64,000 nucleotides of DNA from Chrysomallon squamiferum. Taxonomy: Eukaryota > Animalia > Mollusca. Every line of letters starts with the position of its first letter. The stretch's first letter is position 1. The DNA is taken from NCBI GenBank assembly GCA_012295275.1, contig CM022671.1, forward strand, positions 6,882,001-6,946,000, given 5' to 3'. This document shows positions 1 to 41,465 of the stretch, piece by piece. Below the pieces are notes generated by a model. It did not search any database, had not been told where the DNA came from, and was given only the letters and a program-made list of their open reading frames with translations. Both the position numbers and the translations under genes were made by a program.

Positions 1-115
1 ATTTAATTGTACAGGTATGTCTGTTTTGTAATGTAATTTTAATTGTATAGTGTAATTTTGATTGTTTTTATTGTATTATTTGGTAATCTCATTGTGTTTG
101 TGTTACATATTCCAG

Positions 116-18185
<18,070 letters not shown>

Positions 18186-18307
18186 ACAACATGGCAGTCA
18201 GGACTTTCTGAAAATCTCAGTAGACTTCAGTCTAAAATTTATTTTCATTATTACCTTTGATTTCAGTGATACGCTTAATTAGTGTTGTCATCATCGTCAT
18301 CATCATG

Positions 18308-18366
<59 letters not shown>

Positions 18367-18380
18367 GATTATTATTTTTA

Positions 18381-18412
<32 letters not shown>

Positions 18413-18998
18413 TTTATTGCTATGATCGTTGATTATCAAGTCTGTGAAAAATTCAGAGTGTGAAAGATTTTAAGTTTGTGTTGTGTTAGTTACAGACAAT
18501 AATTGTTACCTGATACAGGTGAGAAAGAACTACAGCAGTACATCAGACTGTCAGTCCTTAAATATTAAAAACATAAACATTCACTAGTATATTACATCAT
18601 GAAATTTGGTTTCTGATTTATGACTTGATGAACAGTGATAAAAAAAAAAAATGAAATGTAATTCATAAATTAATAACCATAGTTCATTAGGAATTGCAAT
18701 ATGGTTAATAAATGAACTGCCAGAGATAATTTTGAAATGATGAAATGATATGTGATTCATGATTTATTTTGTTACAAAATGATGGGCTACAATCAGGTGG
18801 TTTTCTAGATTATTTCAGTAGATTTCATATTTAGCTGTAAGGTGCTTACAAAATAGACTTTTTACAAGCAGTGATAATCTGTTTCCACATTTTCAGTAAT
18901 ATTTTAATTTTTGCTTCCATGTTTTCCATTTAATTTTGTGAGGAGTGTTAAAAGAGAAATTTAGAAAATACAAACATGTGCTACAACTGTGGACTTTA

Positions 18999-19008
18999 TA
19001 AAATAAAT
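18999..19008 (+). terminator. Candidate poly(A) signal of IARS1
   Basis: AATAAA ~0.8 kb past the stop codon, followed by T/GT-rich sequence. Such hexamers are common in this AT-rich DNA. Confidence 0.35.
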
Positions 19009-20670
19009 ATAATATTATTTAACAATTGTCTGTAGTTTTTATGGTTATAATTATGATTATTATCACCCAGTTTTTTTTGCTGTTTTAATAAAATATATGG
19101 TAAAACATTTATGATAATATTCACGAATAGATTCATAAATTAAAATGAGAAGAATTTCTCGTTATTTTGACGCTAGAACAAATGTGTACTGATCATATAA
19201 AATACAGTTCATTTTTGTTCTGTCACATTAACCAGTGTAGCTGTTAACACTCACATATTTAATTTAAATCAAGTGAAATAAGCAGGAAATTAGAAAATTC
19301 CTTTTATTTATTTATTTATTTAAGATGTTATTGACACTTTAGTGATACAAAATAACGCATAAAATAGTAACACTGGTGATAAATGATGAAATGTTGGAAT
19401 TCTGTCGTCCTCTGTTTATGTAGATTCAAAAATAAACGAGAATGTTCGCTGCTACGGTGGTACAAAACTGGCAAAGCTAAGGCATTTTTACAAATGTTTT
19501 TCTTATTATTGTCAAATAAAGATGTTATCTGCACCAATCATGACATATTCAGTCACAATGAAGTTTAAAAAATTCACAAAAATAATGCATTTCAATGTCA
19601 AAAATCCGCAGTCAAACTACGGGAATTTTTGTCTTCGAAAAATGTCAACCTTAATTCATTAAAAATGTACATCAAGAGATAGGTTTATCAGATTTGCTGC
19701 TTCTGTTCAATAGTGTGTTCTTTTTATATAGTCTATAATGAAGATAGACTTACTGAATTAAATGTGTTGTTGGACAGTTTCATTCTTTAGTTGAAGTTAT
19801 GATCATTTCGAATGAGGAAGAGTTGTCGTTCTTGAATAAGAATAATTTTTTTTTTTTTTAAATTTTTATTATTTAATTTTTTTTTTTTTTTTTTTTCTAT
19901 TATTATTATATTTTGCTGTTTCGCAGAGTATCTTCCCGAGGAATTATTTTTCATAGATCGGGCAATACTATTTTACTACGACAGGCTATTCAGCAATAAA
20001 TACGTGTGTTATTTATCAAACAAAGCAGGCTGTGAAATAAAAGATATTTAAATAGAATATTTAAATAATCTGTTCAGCGTAATAGACCGTTTTAATTTTT
20101 TACGATTTTTTTTTTTTTTTTTTTTTTTTTTTTCATTTGTCATTTTCACCAATTTACCTGTTTCGCTTTATTTTCGGATTTTTACTTGCGTCTTTGTAGG
20201 AAATTCCCCGAATAAAATAAACTGATATGTGGTTATATTTCTGAAGAAAAAGAAGAAGAAGAAAGAAAAAGTTTCGTGTGTCCCTAGCGGCCGGTAATAA
20301 AAGTTTATATTCTGCTATTTTAACTTCAAAACACTTGAAAAGAATTCATTACAAAGAAAATATATTAAACAAAATTAAAACAACAGTTGAAAGTTTCAAA
20401 TTAATTTTACAACAAACACCGATGAAGTGTTCTATATATTGTGCAAACTGTACTAGTGAAATTTGGCAAAGGAAATCATTACATATGGAAAACTCACTTG
20501 TAAAGAAATGACCTCGATCTTTATTAATTAAAAATTTATAGATTTACTGATGTGAAAACAGAAATACTGTTTCAGAATAGTAAACAACAACAGAATAAAC
20601 AATATTTATTATTTTATTCGTTTATGATAAACTGGAACGTATCTGACAGTTCCTTGATTCGCCGTGACTT

Positions 20671-29703
<9,033 letters not shown>

Positions 29704-31821
29704 GTTGAACTGCTCTGACCAGAACCTCTACACTTTTTATTTTCATTTATTTGTTTATACAAATACCCAGCCTGCTGATAGAGGGCGCCACACTTTCTCA
29801 CCATCGAGTGTTGTGGAGAGCTGTAGGAGATAATTTCAAAAGTTTAATCTTATTGGCTGTTATTCCATACACACTTCATTTGATTCGAATCCAAACTTTC
29901 GTCAGGCGAGTGTGTTTGTTTTAATATTTTCTTTATTTGTGAAAAGAATTACACACAAAGTAAGACGGAGTGAGTGAAAAACTACTAAATTATTAATACG
30001 GGTTTTAGTCTGAAATTTCCTTTATCTTAGCAAATATTTTTTTAAAAATGATGGCTGATCTGTTTAGCTCGGACTCTGTTGTTGAATAAACGAGTTTGTG
30101 TTTACTCTGTAATACTTCATAATATTATATACCCGTGTAATCAATATCAAAGTTTAAAAGAGAAGACACAGAGGTCTCTGTCTTGCACGGACACCCGTGG
30201 ATCCGAGCAGAAGTGTCCTCTCAACAGTAGGGACAAAAATCACAGACAACTGTTTTGAAGATATTTACAATCTTTATTCTCATCCGTCATACAAACAACA
30301 AACACAGCGAGCATCACTGTAGACTCGTTCCTAAATTAGAATTGCAAAACGTATCGAGATCGTAGATGGAAGTAAATAAAACTTATTTTGCATGTCATAA
30401 TAATAAGCATAAAGTATGTTTGTTTTAAAGGATATTGTGGTTTGAAACCCAGACAAAGCTACAATCTGTGCCAGCACAACGATCTTTTCGACCTCAAAAG
30501 TTCCGCTAAGACAGTGTTTATAAAACATAAACATACATGGGAATGATGTTGTATGTTTGGTTTATCAAAGTTATGTACCAAATAGGTTAAATTCGCAAGT
30601 TCTGGCAGACAAACGTTTGTGACTGGACAAAACAAAACTCCCTGCATGCACTGTGCATTGCTGGAAATATTGTATAAAGCTGCAACACAATAAAAACATT
30701 TATTTTGGAGAAAACAAATCCAAACTGGTAGGACTGTCCGCTTTGGCACTGGAATATTAATTTTTAAAATTCCTGTTTCACACAAATACTGACACAGAAA
30801 CACTGTACACACACTTACACCCACAAACACACAATCAGGTGTTATAAAAACACTTTACATATACACACATCCACACAGTGAGATGAAATTATATTACAAG
30901 CAACTTAGCAACAATAAAAAAAAAAAAAAATTCAGAAGTTAAACTTCCCATTATTAACAGTAGGATCTGCTGTTATTTTCTCAGTTACCTGATATTTCTA
31001 TTAACTTGTATCGATTATAAATTAGCTATCGTCGACTAGAATTTAATATTACATTATTGTGACCTTCACCTCAGTCGCCTTTTTTTTTCTTTGAAAAACA
31101 TCCCTTTGTTTTTTTCAGTATTTCATATCAATTGTCTGTCTGGTGATTTACTGTAAAAGACAAAAAACGAAAAAAAGACATGAAATCTTTTTTTTATTTA
31201 AAAAAAAAAAAAAACCCACCACTAATATGGATTCAATGAAAAAAAAAAAATATATATATATAATAATAAATGATTACATAAAACGAAAAAACGAAGAAAA
31301 AATAGAAACAAGAAGAAAAAAAATAAATATTACACAACTAAAATATATTTAAAACAGCAGCTATATTAATAACAGTAATACAATTCCAATCAGTTTAAAG
31401 AGAATCCTCTCTAATAAAACATCTTGTGACTTGTTTTGCACAGGCAAACGAAGAAAACGGATTTAATGACACAGATGATGTCAGTTTACTTGTCAGAACA
31501 CACTAACGAGACTTCTACTGGCGTCTTGGGTTTTGCTGCAGACAAAGGAAAAACAGTATAGAGTTACTTTATTAATTCACAAAATCGCTTCAGTTAGATC
31601 AGAGAGACTGTTTCTTTGTTTCTCAAAATTACCCATCTCGGTGACTGGTTACAATACATCGTACACCAGCAGTAGTGTTGTACCTGTTCTTCTTCCCGAT
31701 TTCATCTCTTTATAAGCGAGTGAGATTATTTAACAAAAACATCTAGAAACGAGATTTCAAAGAATAAAACATGTATGCGATAATCTAAGCTTATCCTTTA
31801 TTTCTTTCTTCGTTTATTTTC

Positions 31822-31936
<115 letters not shown>

Positions 31937-31952
31937 GATATATGCTTTCTGT

Positions 31953-32025
<73 letters not shown>

Positions 32026-32242
32026 CATTTCTTAGACGTATATTTAATCACTTTTTATCATTACCCTCGTACATGCTGTCCTGTGACCATCAAAAAATCA
32101 TTTCGACCAACTGAAAACGTTAAGTAAAAATTTAACAGCAGACTGTGTTAAGTATGAGTACGTCATTAAGTAAAATATTTATTTTTCTTCCTTCTGTTGT
32201 GAGTCAGATCCTGTACTCAAAGTTCATTTTACTAATATTGAT

Positions 32243-32281
<39 letters not shown>

Positions 32282-32568
32282 CATTTTTTTTTTTTTTAAA
32301 TGTCCTTCGTAATATCGAATTACTCTCCACCTCTCAGAAGTAGTTTCAGATGATTTATGAAAGATTATACACCTGCTTATCTTAATACAACTTCACTTAC
32401 TGTGTCAAGTGTTTACAGTCATCCCCACACGGCGTCGTTGAATATTGTTGTTTGTTTTTGGTTCTCGTAAAACCATCAGTAACATTAAGATAACTATTAA
32501 TTTATTTTTATTATTTTGTTTTGTAGTAAATAAATAAAGTGTTAACGAGGATTAATTTATTTTCTGTT

Positions 32569-32603
<35 letters not shown>

Positions 32604-33145
32604 TTTTTTTTATTTTTTATTTTTTTTTGGAAATGATGTAAGATAAATCTTGACGTTATGTTTCAACGTTATTTTTCCAATTAAAAATTAAATAAATAAA
32701 TAAATAAAAAAATTCTACGCTGCTAATTTTTTCCACTAATAAAACCCAGCAACCAAGTTACATAGTGTTATAAATCTCTGTATGATTGATTAAACATCAG
32801 CAGTTTAAGAAAACAACATTTCAGTTACTAGTGTAGTTAGTTAGCCACTCACAGCCGATAACAAATTAGACAGTAATTTGGTACATCTGTAAATAATGTA
32901 AATAATCCCACAGTTGATACACTTTTAGCACGTTTTACATAAGGATCAGTTATGTATTTAATTTAATGTATATATTATGTGTGCATGTTGTAATCAAACG
33001 AATGTGTGTGTGTGTGAGTGTGTATGAATATGTATATGTTTCAAGCATATATATAGGCGTAAGTGTATATTAATGTGTGCTTTTTTAAACTTATGTGTTT
33101 GTATATGAGTGTTTATGGTTATTAGACTATATTGACTCAGTGACA

Positions 33146-33202
<57 letters not shown>

Positions 33203-33666
33203 ACTTTCATGGCGTCTGATTTTCTCTGTCACACGTTTTCCTGTTTTTAGTTTTTAATGTTTTATTTTGTTTTTTAAATGTTTTATTTCAAAATGAGAAA
33301 AATTTAAGAGAAAGATACCAGTGTGAGTGGCCAGCTTAAATTACATTTCTCTTAAAAAAGTAACCGTCGCAGATGTTGTCTTCTTCCAGTTTAAACTCGA
33401 ATGTGACGTCTGTGATGTTGTCGAAGTAATAAATTAAAAAAAGATGACGCTGTTAATACAGATGCGAATAGTTAGTCCGGAAATGAAATTTATTTTCTAT
33501 CGTGTTTTCTAATTTAAAGAAAAGAAGCCAAAAAAACAACAACAAAAAAAAATATTATTATTTTGAATTGTTTCAAAGCTTTTTTTTTCTTGGTGACAAA
33601 TCTTTGTAAACTATAAAATATGCTGTGGTTTGTGTACATAAGTCTACAGTAATCTCTCTCTCTCTC

Positions 33667-33797
<131 letters not shown>

Positions 33798-34308
33798 GTT
33801 TGGGTACAATTTGTTATTTTATCAACACTCAACAGAAATAAATAAACAGTGACGTATAAACAACTTGTTTTCCTAGCAACGAAAAAGATCCATTACGTCA
33901 TTATTTTGAAACCAAGTAATTTTGTTACCGATTTCGTATGTTGCTTGTAACGTTTTCTTCGTTTGTTTTGAATAACAATTTACTTTCTTATTTAAATGTA
34001 TGGTCTTCCAAAGGTACCACACGATACTGATTTATTTAATAAATCTATGAAATATTTATAACATAATTATGAATATTTATGACATAATTGTGAATATTTA
34101 TGACACAATTATGAATATTTATGAAATCGTAAACACGTTAAATTAGAATCGCTTGAGAGTTAAAAGAGAAAACAATTCGAATGTTTGCAGTTATTTATTT
34201 CATCGAAAAACTCACACACAGTAATAAAGAGAAAAGTGACAGAAGCAGTTTAAAAATTCCACTTGAGGTCGTCAAACTAAAGTTTGTAAATCGAAATGAC
34301 GTGACTCG

Positions 34309-34487
34309 TTAGCAGTTTCCGAGGACACAGCTCTTCAGTGATTGGTCCCATTTCAAACCCTCAGCACAGCTCATCACATACAGCTGTCCGTTGACGCACC
34401 TGTTGTACTTGTGACAGTCGCTGTTTCCATAGTAACCGCTAGTCCTTCCGGTACAGAAGTTTCCTGAAATTTAAACGTTTATGAAAC

Positions 34488-34530
<43 letters not shown>

Positions 34531-34693
34531 CAGCAATAATAACAACAATAATAATAATGATTATGATGATGATGATGATGATGATAATAATAATAATAAT
34601 AATAATAATAATATGAAAAATATAAATAATGGAATTAGTAGTGGTGGTAGTAGTAGTTAGTAGTTATATTAATAATAATAATAATAATAATAA

Positions 34694-34724
<31 letters not shown>

Positions 34725-37700
34725 AAGACAAAGAAAAACAACTGGTAAAACTGTTTAGTAGTGTTATAATTAAAAAAAAAAATTGATTTACTTGGTGCGG
34801 GCGTCGTCGTTGTGGTAGTTGTGGTTTTCTCGACGTGGACGCAGGTCAGAGAACGCTGTGACCAGATGGTGGCGTCAGGACAGACGTGAAGGACGGCTCG
34901 GCCGACTGAACACTGGTAGAAACGTCGTTTGTTGTGCGCGTGCGGCAGAAACGTAACAGCAGCCTCAGGACAGCGATCTGAAAATACGTGCAGTGTCGTG
35001 TTAACACGTGTACTATCACTCGTATCACACGTGTACTATCAGACGTATCACACGTGTACTATCACACTATCACACGTGTACTATCACACTATCACACGTG
35101 TACTATCAGCCGTACCACACGTGTTCTATCAGCCGTATCACACGTGTACTATCACACTATCACACGTGTACTATCAGCCGTACCACACGTGTTCTATCAG
35201 TCGTACCACACGTGTACTATCAGCCGTACCACATGTGTACTATCAGCCGTACCACACGTGTACTATCAGCCGTATCACACGTGTACTATCACACTATCAC
35301 ACGTGTACTATCACACTATCACACGTGTACTATCAGCCGTACCACACGTGTTCTATCAGCCGTATCACACGTGTACTATCACACTATCACACGTGTACTA
35401 TCAGCCGTACCACACGTGTTCTATCAGCCGTATCACACGTGTACTATCACACTATCACACGTGTACTATCAGCCGTACCACACGTGTACTATCAGCCGTA
35501 TCACACGTGTACTATCACACTATCACACGTGTACTATCACACTATCACACGTGTACTATCAGCCGTACCACACGTGTTCTATCAGCCGTATCACACGTGT
35601 ACTATCACACTATCACACGTGTACTATCAGCCGTACCACACGTGTACTATCAGCCGTATCACACGTGTACTATCACACGTGTACTATCACACTATCACAC
35701 GTGTACTATCAGCCGTACCACACGTGTTCTATCAGCCGTATCACACGTGTACTATCAGCCGTACCACACGTGTTCTATCAGCCGTATCACACGTGTACTA
35801 TCACTCGTATCACACGTGTACTATCACACTATCACACGTGTACTATCAGCCGTACCACACGTGTACTATCACACTATCACACGTGTACTATCACACTATC
35901 ACACGTGTACTATCACACGTGTACTATCAGCCGTACCACACGTGTTCTATCAGCCGTACCACACGTGTACTATCAGCCGTACCACATGTGTACTATCAGC
36001 CGTACCACACGTGTACTATCAGCCGTATCACACGTGTACTATCAGCCGTACCACACGTGTACTATCAGCCGTACCACACGTGTTCTATCAGCCGGTGTTT
36101 TTAACTATCAGCTATCGTCCTATCAGCCGTATCAACGTGTACTATTTTACTATCACACTATCACACGTGTACTATCAGCCGTACCAACGTGTTCTATCAG
36201 CCATCACACGTGTACTATCAGCCGTATTATCAGCCGTAACACGTGTACTATCGCTCGTATCAACGTACTATTATCACGTGTACTATCAGCCGTACCACAC
36301 GTGTTATCAGCCGTATCACACGTGTACTATCACACTATTTTTGTACTATCAGCCGTACCCACGTACTACTATCACCGATGTTTATTTACTATCACACTAT
36401 CACACGTGTACTAGGTCGTACCACACGTGTTCTATTTACGTTATTATTCGTGTACTATATATTTACTATCACATGTACTATCAGCCGTACCCACGTGTTT
36501 AAGCCGTAAAATCAGCCGTACCAAAGAATCAGCCGATTACTATCAGCCGTATCACGTGTACTATCAGCCTGTACTATCACTGTAGCACGTGTTCTATATA
36601 AACAAATCAAGTAAATGTACTATCAATAAACACGTGTTCTATCAAAATCAATGTACTAATGAACGTGTACTAAGCCGTATCACACTATCACATACAGACA
36701 TGTTTAACACACTATCATCTAGATCCAACTTTAACAACTACCACCTACACCCATTTTTAACGCACTATCACCTACAGCTATTTTTAACAACTGTCACCTA
36801 CAACTATTTTAAGACACTATCACCGTTGTTTATTTATTTACTTTCAAGATAGGTCATAACTGATTTATTATTATTCTTTATATTTTAAAATTATTATTGT
36901 ACTTTAACAAAATATTCTAATAAAGAATGATTACCAAATATCAAGCTTCTGTAATCACTGTAGCATAAAAATTATCTAAACAAATCAGTAACTGAATAAA
37001 TAAGAAAATGAATGAATGAATGAATAAATAAAATAAATAAATAAATACTTTCCTAATATTATTTATACTGAACTTATTATCATCGTACGTACCTCCGCAT
37101 TCTTCTTCATTACAGGTCACAGTTCTATTCTCACTGGCCTCTCCCTCACAGTCTGCTCCCCCGTACTGAGGGGTGGGGTTCGTGCACTCCCTTTCTCTGT
37201 GTTGTGCTTTTGTGCCGCTGCCGCAAAGCACGTTGCACTCGTCGTAGTCAGTCCACGCCGTGAACTCACTCCAGCCGCCGTCAACTACGTCAACAGCAAC
37301 ATCTTAATACTTGTATGTTAATTTATTTACATCAACTACGTGAACAACAACATCTTAATACACAATATGTTTATTTATTTACATCATCTACGTCAACAAC
37401 ATCATCTTAATACTTGTATGTTTATTTATTTACATCAACTACGTCAACAACAACATCTTAATACACAATATGTTTATTTATTTACATCAACTACGTCAAC
37501 AACAACATCTTAACACACAGTATGTTTATTTATTTATATCCACTACGTCAACAGCATTTTAATACATAATATGTTTATTTATTTACATCAACTACGTCAA
37601 CAACATCTTAATACTTGTATGTTTATTTATTTACATCAACTACGTCAACAGCAACATCTTAATAGACAATATGTTTATTTAATTACATCAACTAGGTCAT

Positions 37701-38135
37701 ACAACATTCTAATTACGTATATCAGAAAATAGGTCACAGATGAGTTAGAACCACTGTAGACTATTTAACAAGTAACAAAAATACTGAACTCTGTCGACTC
37801 GGTTTAGAGAAAATTCTTACTTGGACAATGGTTTGTGTTGCATTCTCTCTCTTCTCCGTCTGTCGAGTCTCCTTCACAGTTGGCTCCTCCATAAGCAGGA
37901 GCTGGATTAGTACAAGTTCTAGACCGAGACCTCGCCTGTGATCCGCCTCCACACGTGACAGAGCACGTGGACCAGTCTGACCAATCGCTGAATTCTGACC
38001 ATCCACCATTAACTGAAACACAAACGGATAACTGATTTTAGTGTCTGTATAAATATTTGTAACCAAAACAGTTTACAGTTTCTGTGCTTTTAACAGTGAA
38101 TTTATTTATTTATTTAGTTAGTTAGTTATTTAACT

Positions 38136-38166
<31 letters not shown>

Positions 38167-38196
38167 TTTTTTTTTTTTTTTTTTTAATTTTTTTTT

Positions 38197-38227
<31 letters not shown>

Positions 38228-40088
38228 TTGTTTGTTTGATAAAGAAGATGAATATGACAAGAAAGTTAATGAGGACAAGGAAGGTGAAGTGATAAACTCA
38301 CTAGGACACGGCTGTGTGTTACAGCGTCTTGTTGAGCTGTCGGTGTCGCTGCCAGAACAATCAGCTCCGCCATAAGCTGGCGCTGGATTGGTGCACGTTC
38401 TGCTCCTAGATCGTGATTGGCTGCCTCCAGCGCATGACGCCGAACACGTGCTCCATTCTGTCCAATCATCGTAGTCGCTCCAGCCTCCGTCAACTTAAAC
38501 CGAAAAAAGAAAATGAATATCACTTTGTGTCAGGGAATTCTTAATTAAACATTTATGCTAAAATCAGTGAAAAAAAAAGAAAAAAAAAGAGTTTTTATTG
38601 AAATGTGTGTGAAATAAGTGTTTATGATAAAACAGTCAAATAAATGTTTGTTGATTTCAGTTAAATAAATATTTTTGCGGAAGTTGGTAAAACTAATTAC
38701 TGATATCAGTGAAATATGTATGTATGTATGAATGTATTTATGTATTTATTTATTTATTTATTTATTTGTTTATTAGTAGTAGTATTTAAAGTAACAGTGC
38801 CTCAAGACACGTTTTAACGTGAGGGGTCACATTTTCACCTGGGCAGTGATTTCTGTTACAAGGTCTTGTTTGCTGCCAGCTGGACTGGCCAGAACAACTT
38901 CGGCCATTACAAGATGGTGCCGGGTTGGTGCACGTGCGTGACACAGTTTGTGACTGTGTTCCTCCTCCGCACGTGACACTGCACGTGCCCCACGAGCCAT
39001 ATTTAGTAGCACTCCAGCCTCCGTTCACTGAAAAAAAAAAAAAAAAAATTAAATAATAATCATAATAATAAAGCTAAAAGGCTTAAAAACAGACTGATTT
39101 CATACGGAAAATAAGTAACTTGACGTAATTATTATCGAGTCTTCTAAAAAGAAGAAGTCAAACAACAAAAACAACAACAAAAAAACAAAAAAAAAAATCC
39201 AACAACAACAAAAGAACAAAACCACAACAACAAATAAAAAATTAGGTCACAATCGTTTTTCATTGTTAATGGTTAAAACGTTTCTTACGTTCATGAATGT
39301 TTATTTGTGGTATAAGTATAAACACGGTAACATTATTACGTCATTACATTCTTTGATTTACTTTTTTAAAATATTGTAATAATCGAAAATCTTTTTTATC
39401 TCTCTCTCTCGTTTTTATATCACTTAGTGTAGTTATTTAACTAAGTTCGTATATTACTAAGTGTATTTTTTTTTAGCTAATTCAGTATATCACTATGTTT
39501 TTATTTAACTAAGTATATTACTTAGTGTAGTTATTTAATTAGTATATTACTAAGCGTAGTTATTTAACTTACTATATCACTGTGTATTGTTATTTAACGA
39601 AGTAAGTATATTATTAAGTGTAGTTATTTAACTAAATTAATATATCACTATGTGTTGTTATTTAACTAGGCATATTTCTTAGTTTAGTTATTTCTTAGTA
39701 TATAACTAAGAGTAGTTATTTCTTAGTTAGTATATATCTGAGAGTAGTTATTTAATCGGGTTAGTTAACACACTATTAACTACATCGGTACTGTTACCTG
39801 GACAACAGTGTGTGTTACATCTTCTTGATTCTTTCGTTGTAGAGCGGGCACCACCACATAAACTACTACAGCGGACATACTTGGTTCTGGACTGCAGACC
39901 TCCCCCACAGGTAGACGAGCACGTGTCCCACCCTCCGTATGTAACACTTGGAGCTGCCCAAAATGAAATGCATTTTAATAATAAATCTCTTTTTTTTTAT
40001 AAATTTTAGTAAACAAAATAACACAACAACAACAACAACAAAAACAAGAACTATGATGATGATGATGATAATGATAATAATAATAATA

Positions 40089-40134
<46 letters not shown>

Positions 40135-41360
40135 GAAGAAGATTAAGGTGAGAAAATAATAAAAGTCTTACCTGGACAGGTACGTTGTTCATTTCTGTAG
40201 CAGGTGTACGTATACGACCTATAGGTACAGGTAAATGTGAACTCAATGTTTATTTCATTGTACTAGTAAACGAATATTTATTAACACAACATTTGTTGTC
40301 TGTACACAATTTAAAAAAATATTTATTAACATAACGTTTATTGTCTGTACACAGTATTAAAATATTTATTAACGTAACATTTGTTGTCTGTACATAATTT
40401 TAAAAAATATTTATTAAGCTAACGTTTATTGTCTGTACACAATATAAAACTATTCATTAAAATTAACGTTTATGGTCTGTATACAGTATAAAAATATTTA
40501 TTAATGTAACATTTGTTGACTGTACACTGTTAAAAAATATTTATTAACATAACGTTTATTGTCTATACACAGTGTAAAAATAGTTTTTAACATAACGTTT
40601 ATTGTCTATACCTAGTATAAAAATATTTACTAACAAAACATTTATTATCTGTACACAGTAATAAAAACATTTATTAACACAAAGTTTATTGTCTGTTTAC
40701 AGTAATAAAAACATTTCTTGTAATAAAGTGTATTGTCTGTTTACAGTAATAAAAACATTTATTGTAATAAAGTGTACTGTCTGTTTACAGTAAAACAACC
40801 ATTTATAAACATAAAATTTACTGTCTGTTTACAGTAATAAAAACATTTATTAACATAACGTTTAATGATTTGTAATTTTCTTTTCGTTTGAGTTAAATAA
40901 TACGTTTCTAAATCAAACAAACGAGCGAAGACAAGACAGACAGAAATGACGAAGGAGGTTAAAGCAAGTACAGACCTGCGACATCTACTCCAGCCCCAGA
41001 ATCCACATCTTGTGTTTCTGTAACCAGTGCAGGTTCTGCGTGCGCGGTACGTGTACGTGCGTGGACACCTTAACACAGAACATTTATATGTTACAGTGGT
41101 CGACACAAAACTTGACGTTACAGTAAACTGTTACTTGTTATGTTACAATGTTTAACGTAAAAAAAAAATGAAAAAAAAAATGAAATAAATAAATAAATAA
41201 ATAAATAAATAAAGAAAAAAAAGAAGAAGAAGAAGAAGAAGAAGAAGAAGAAAAAGAAGAATTAGTAGTAGTCGTAGTAGTATTCAACATCGACTTACGT
41301 GGCGACGACAGCCACAAGGACAAGACTGAGCGACAGCAGGTACAACGTCACAGAAGCCAT
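34309..41360 (-). CDS. Gene B: secreted TSR / CBM14 protein (~487 aa; signal peptide, Cys-hairpin module, 5 TSR, CBM14 + Thr linker + CBM14)
   Basis: Exons: 41360-41299 ([21 protein letters not shown]), 41068-40976, 40218-40172, 39953-39798, 39027-38839, 38493-38302, 38012-37821, 37284-37093, 34977-34792 (DRCPEAAV...RFYQC...[14 protein letters not shown]...[11 protein letters not shown]), 34463-34309 (FCTGR...[11 protein letters not shown]...[19 protein letters not shown]). Total 1464 nt in frame. Confidence 0.88.
34998..36720. repeat. 22/23-bp minisatellite with an ACACGTGT palindrome
   Basis: Units TATCAGCCGTAYCACACGTGTAC and TATCACACTATCACACGTGTAC; decays after ~36090; abuts the acceptor of exon 34977. 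Confidence 0.95.
37281..37720. repeat. ~52-bp tandem repeat containing the minus-strand acceptor + exon start (~8 copies)
   Basis: Unit TCAACTACGTCAACAACAACATCTTAATACTTGTATGTTTATTTATTTACA. On the minus strand it reads ...GACGTAG|TTGA, the real acceptor of exon 37284. Confidence 0.9.
39420..39770. repeat. Degenerate ~30-35-bp AT-rich tandem repeat
   Basis: Recurring TATATTACTAAGTGTAGTTATTTAACT. Confidence 0.75.
40270..40865. repeat. ~41-bp minisatellite, also present in paralogous intron 53880-54030
   Basis: Unit AAAATATTTATTAACATAACGTTTATTGTCTGTACACAGTAT. Confidence 0.85.
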
Positions 41361-41412
41361 GTTCACCTACAGATATGAGTTTCCTCTCTCTCTGTCCACC
41401 TGTTTAATACTG

Positions 41413-41465
41413 CACCGAGAAATCAAAGTAAACAGAAGTAATCCAGGATTAGGCAATGAAAAAGG
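41413..41465 (-). promoter_or_regulatory. Conserved upstream block of gene B with palindrome TAATCC-A-GGATTA
   Basis: CACCGAGAAATSAAAGTWAACA..AGTAATCCAGGATTAGGCAAT is shared with 54571-54620 upstream of gene C. Confidence 0.45.

Noticed and set aside
29750-29792. TATAAA on the minus strand and a CTCF-like TAGAGGGCGCCA upstream of gene A
   Set aside because: Short, partial motifs that cannot be supported without TSS or ChIP data.
30135-30830. Possible LTR or transposon fragment upstream of gene A
   Set aside because: More complex than its surroundings, but no terminal repeats, target-site duplication or recognisable coding remnant could be established by eye.
34929-36509. 391-504-aa His/Tyr/Thr-rich ORFs
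   Set aside because: A 22/23-bp minisatellite on the strand opposite gene B's intron.
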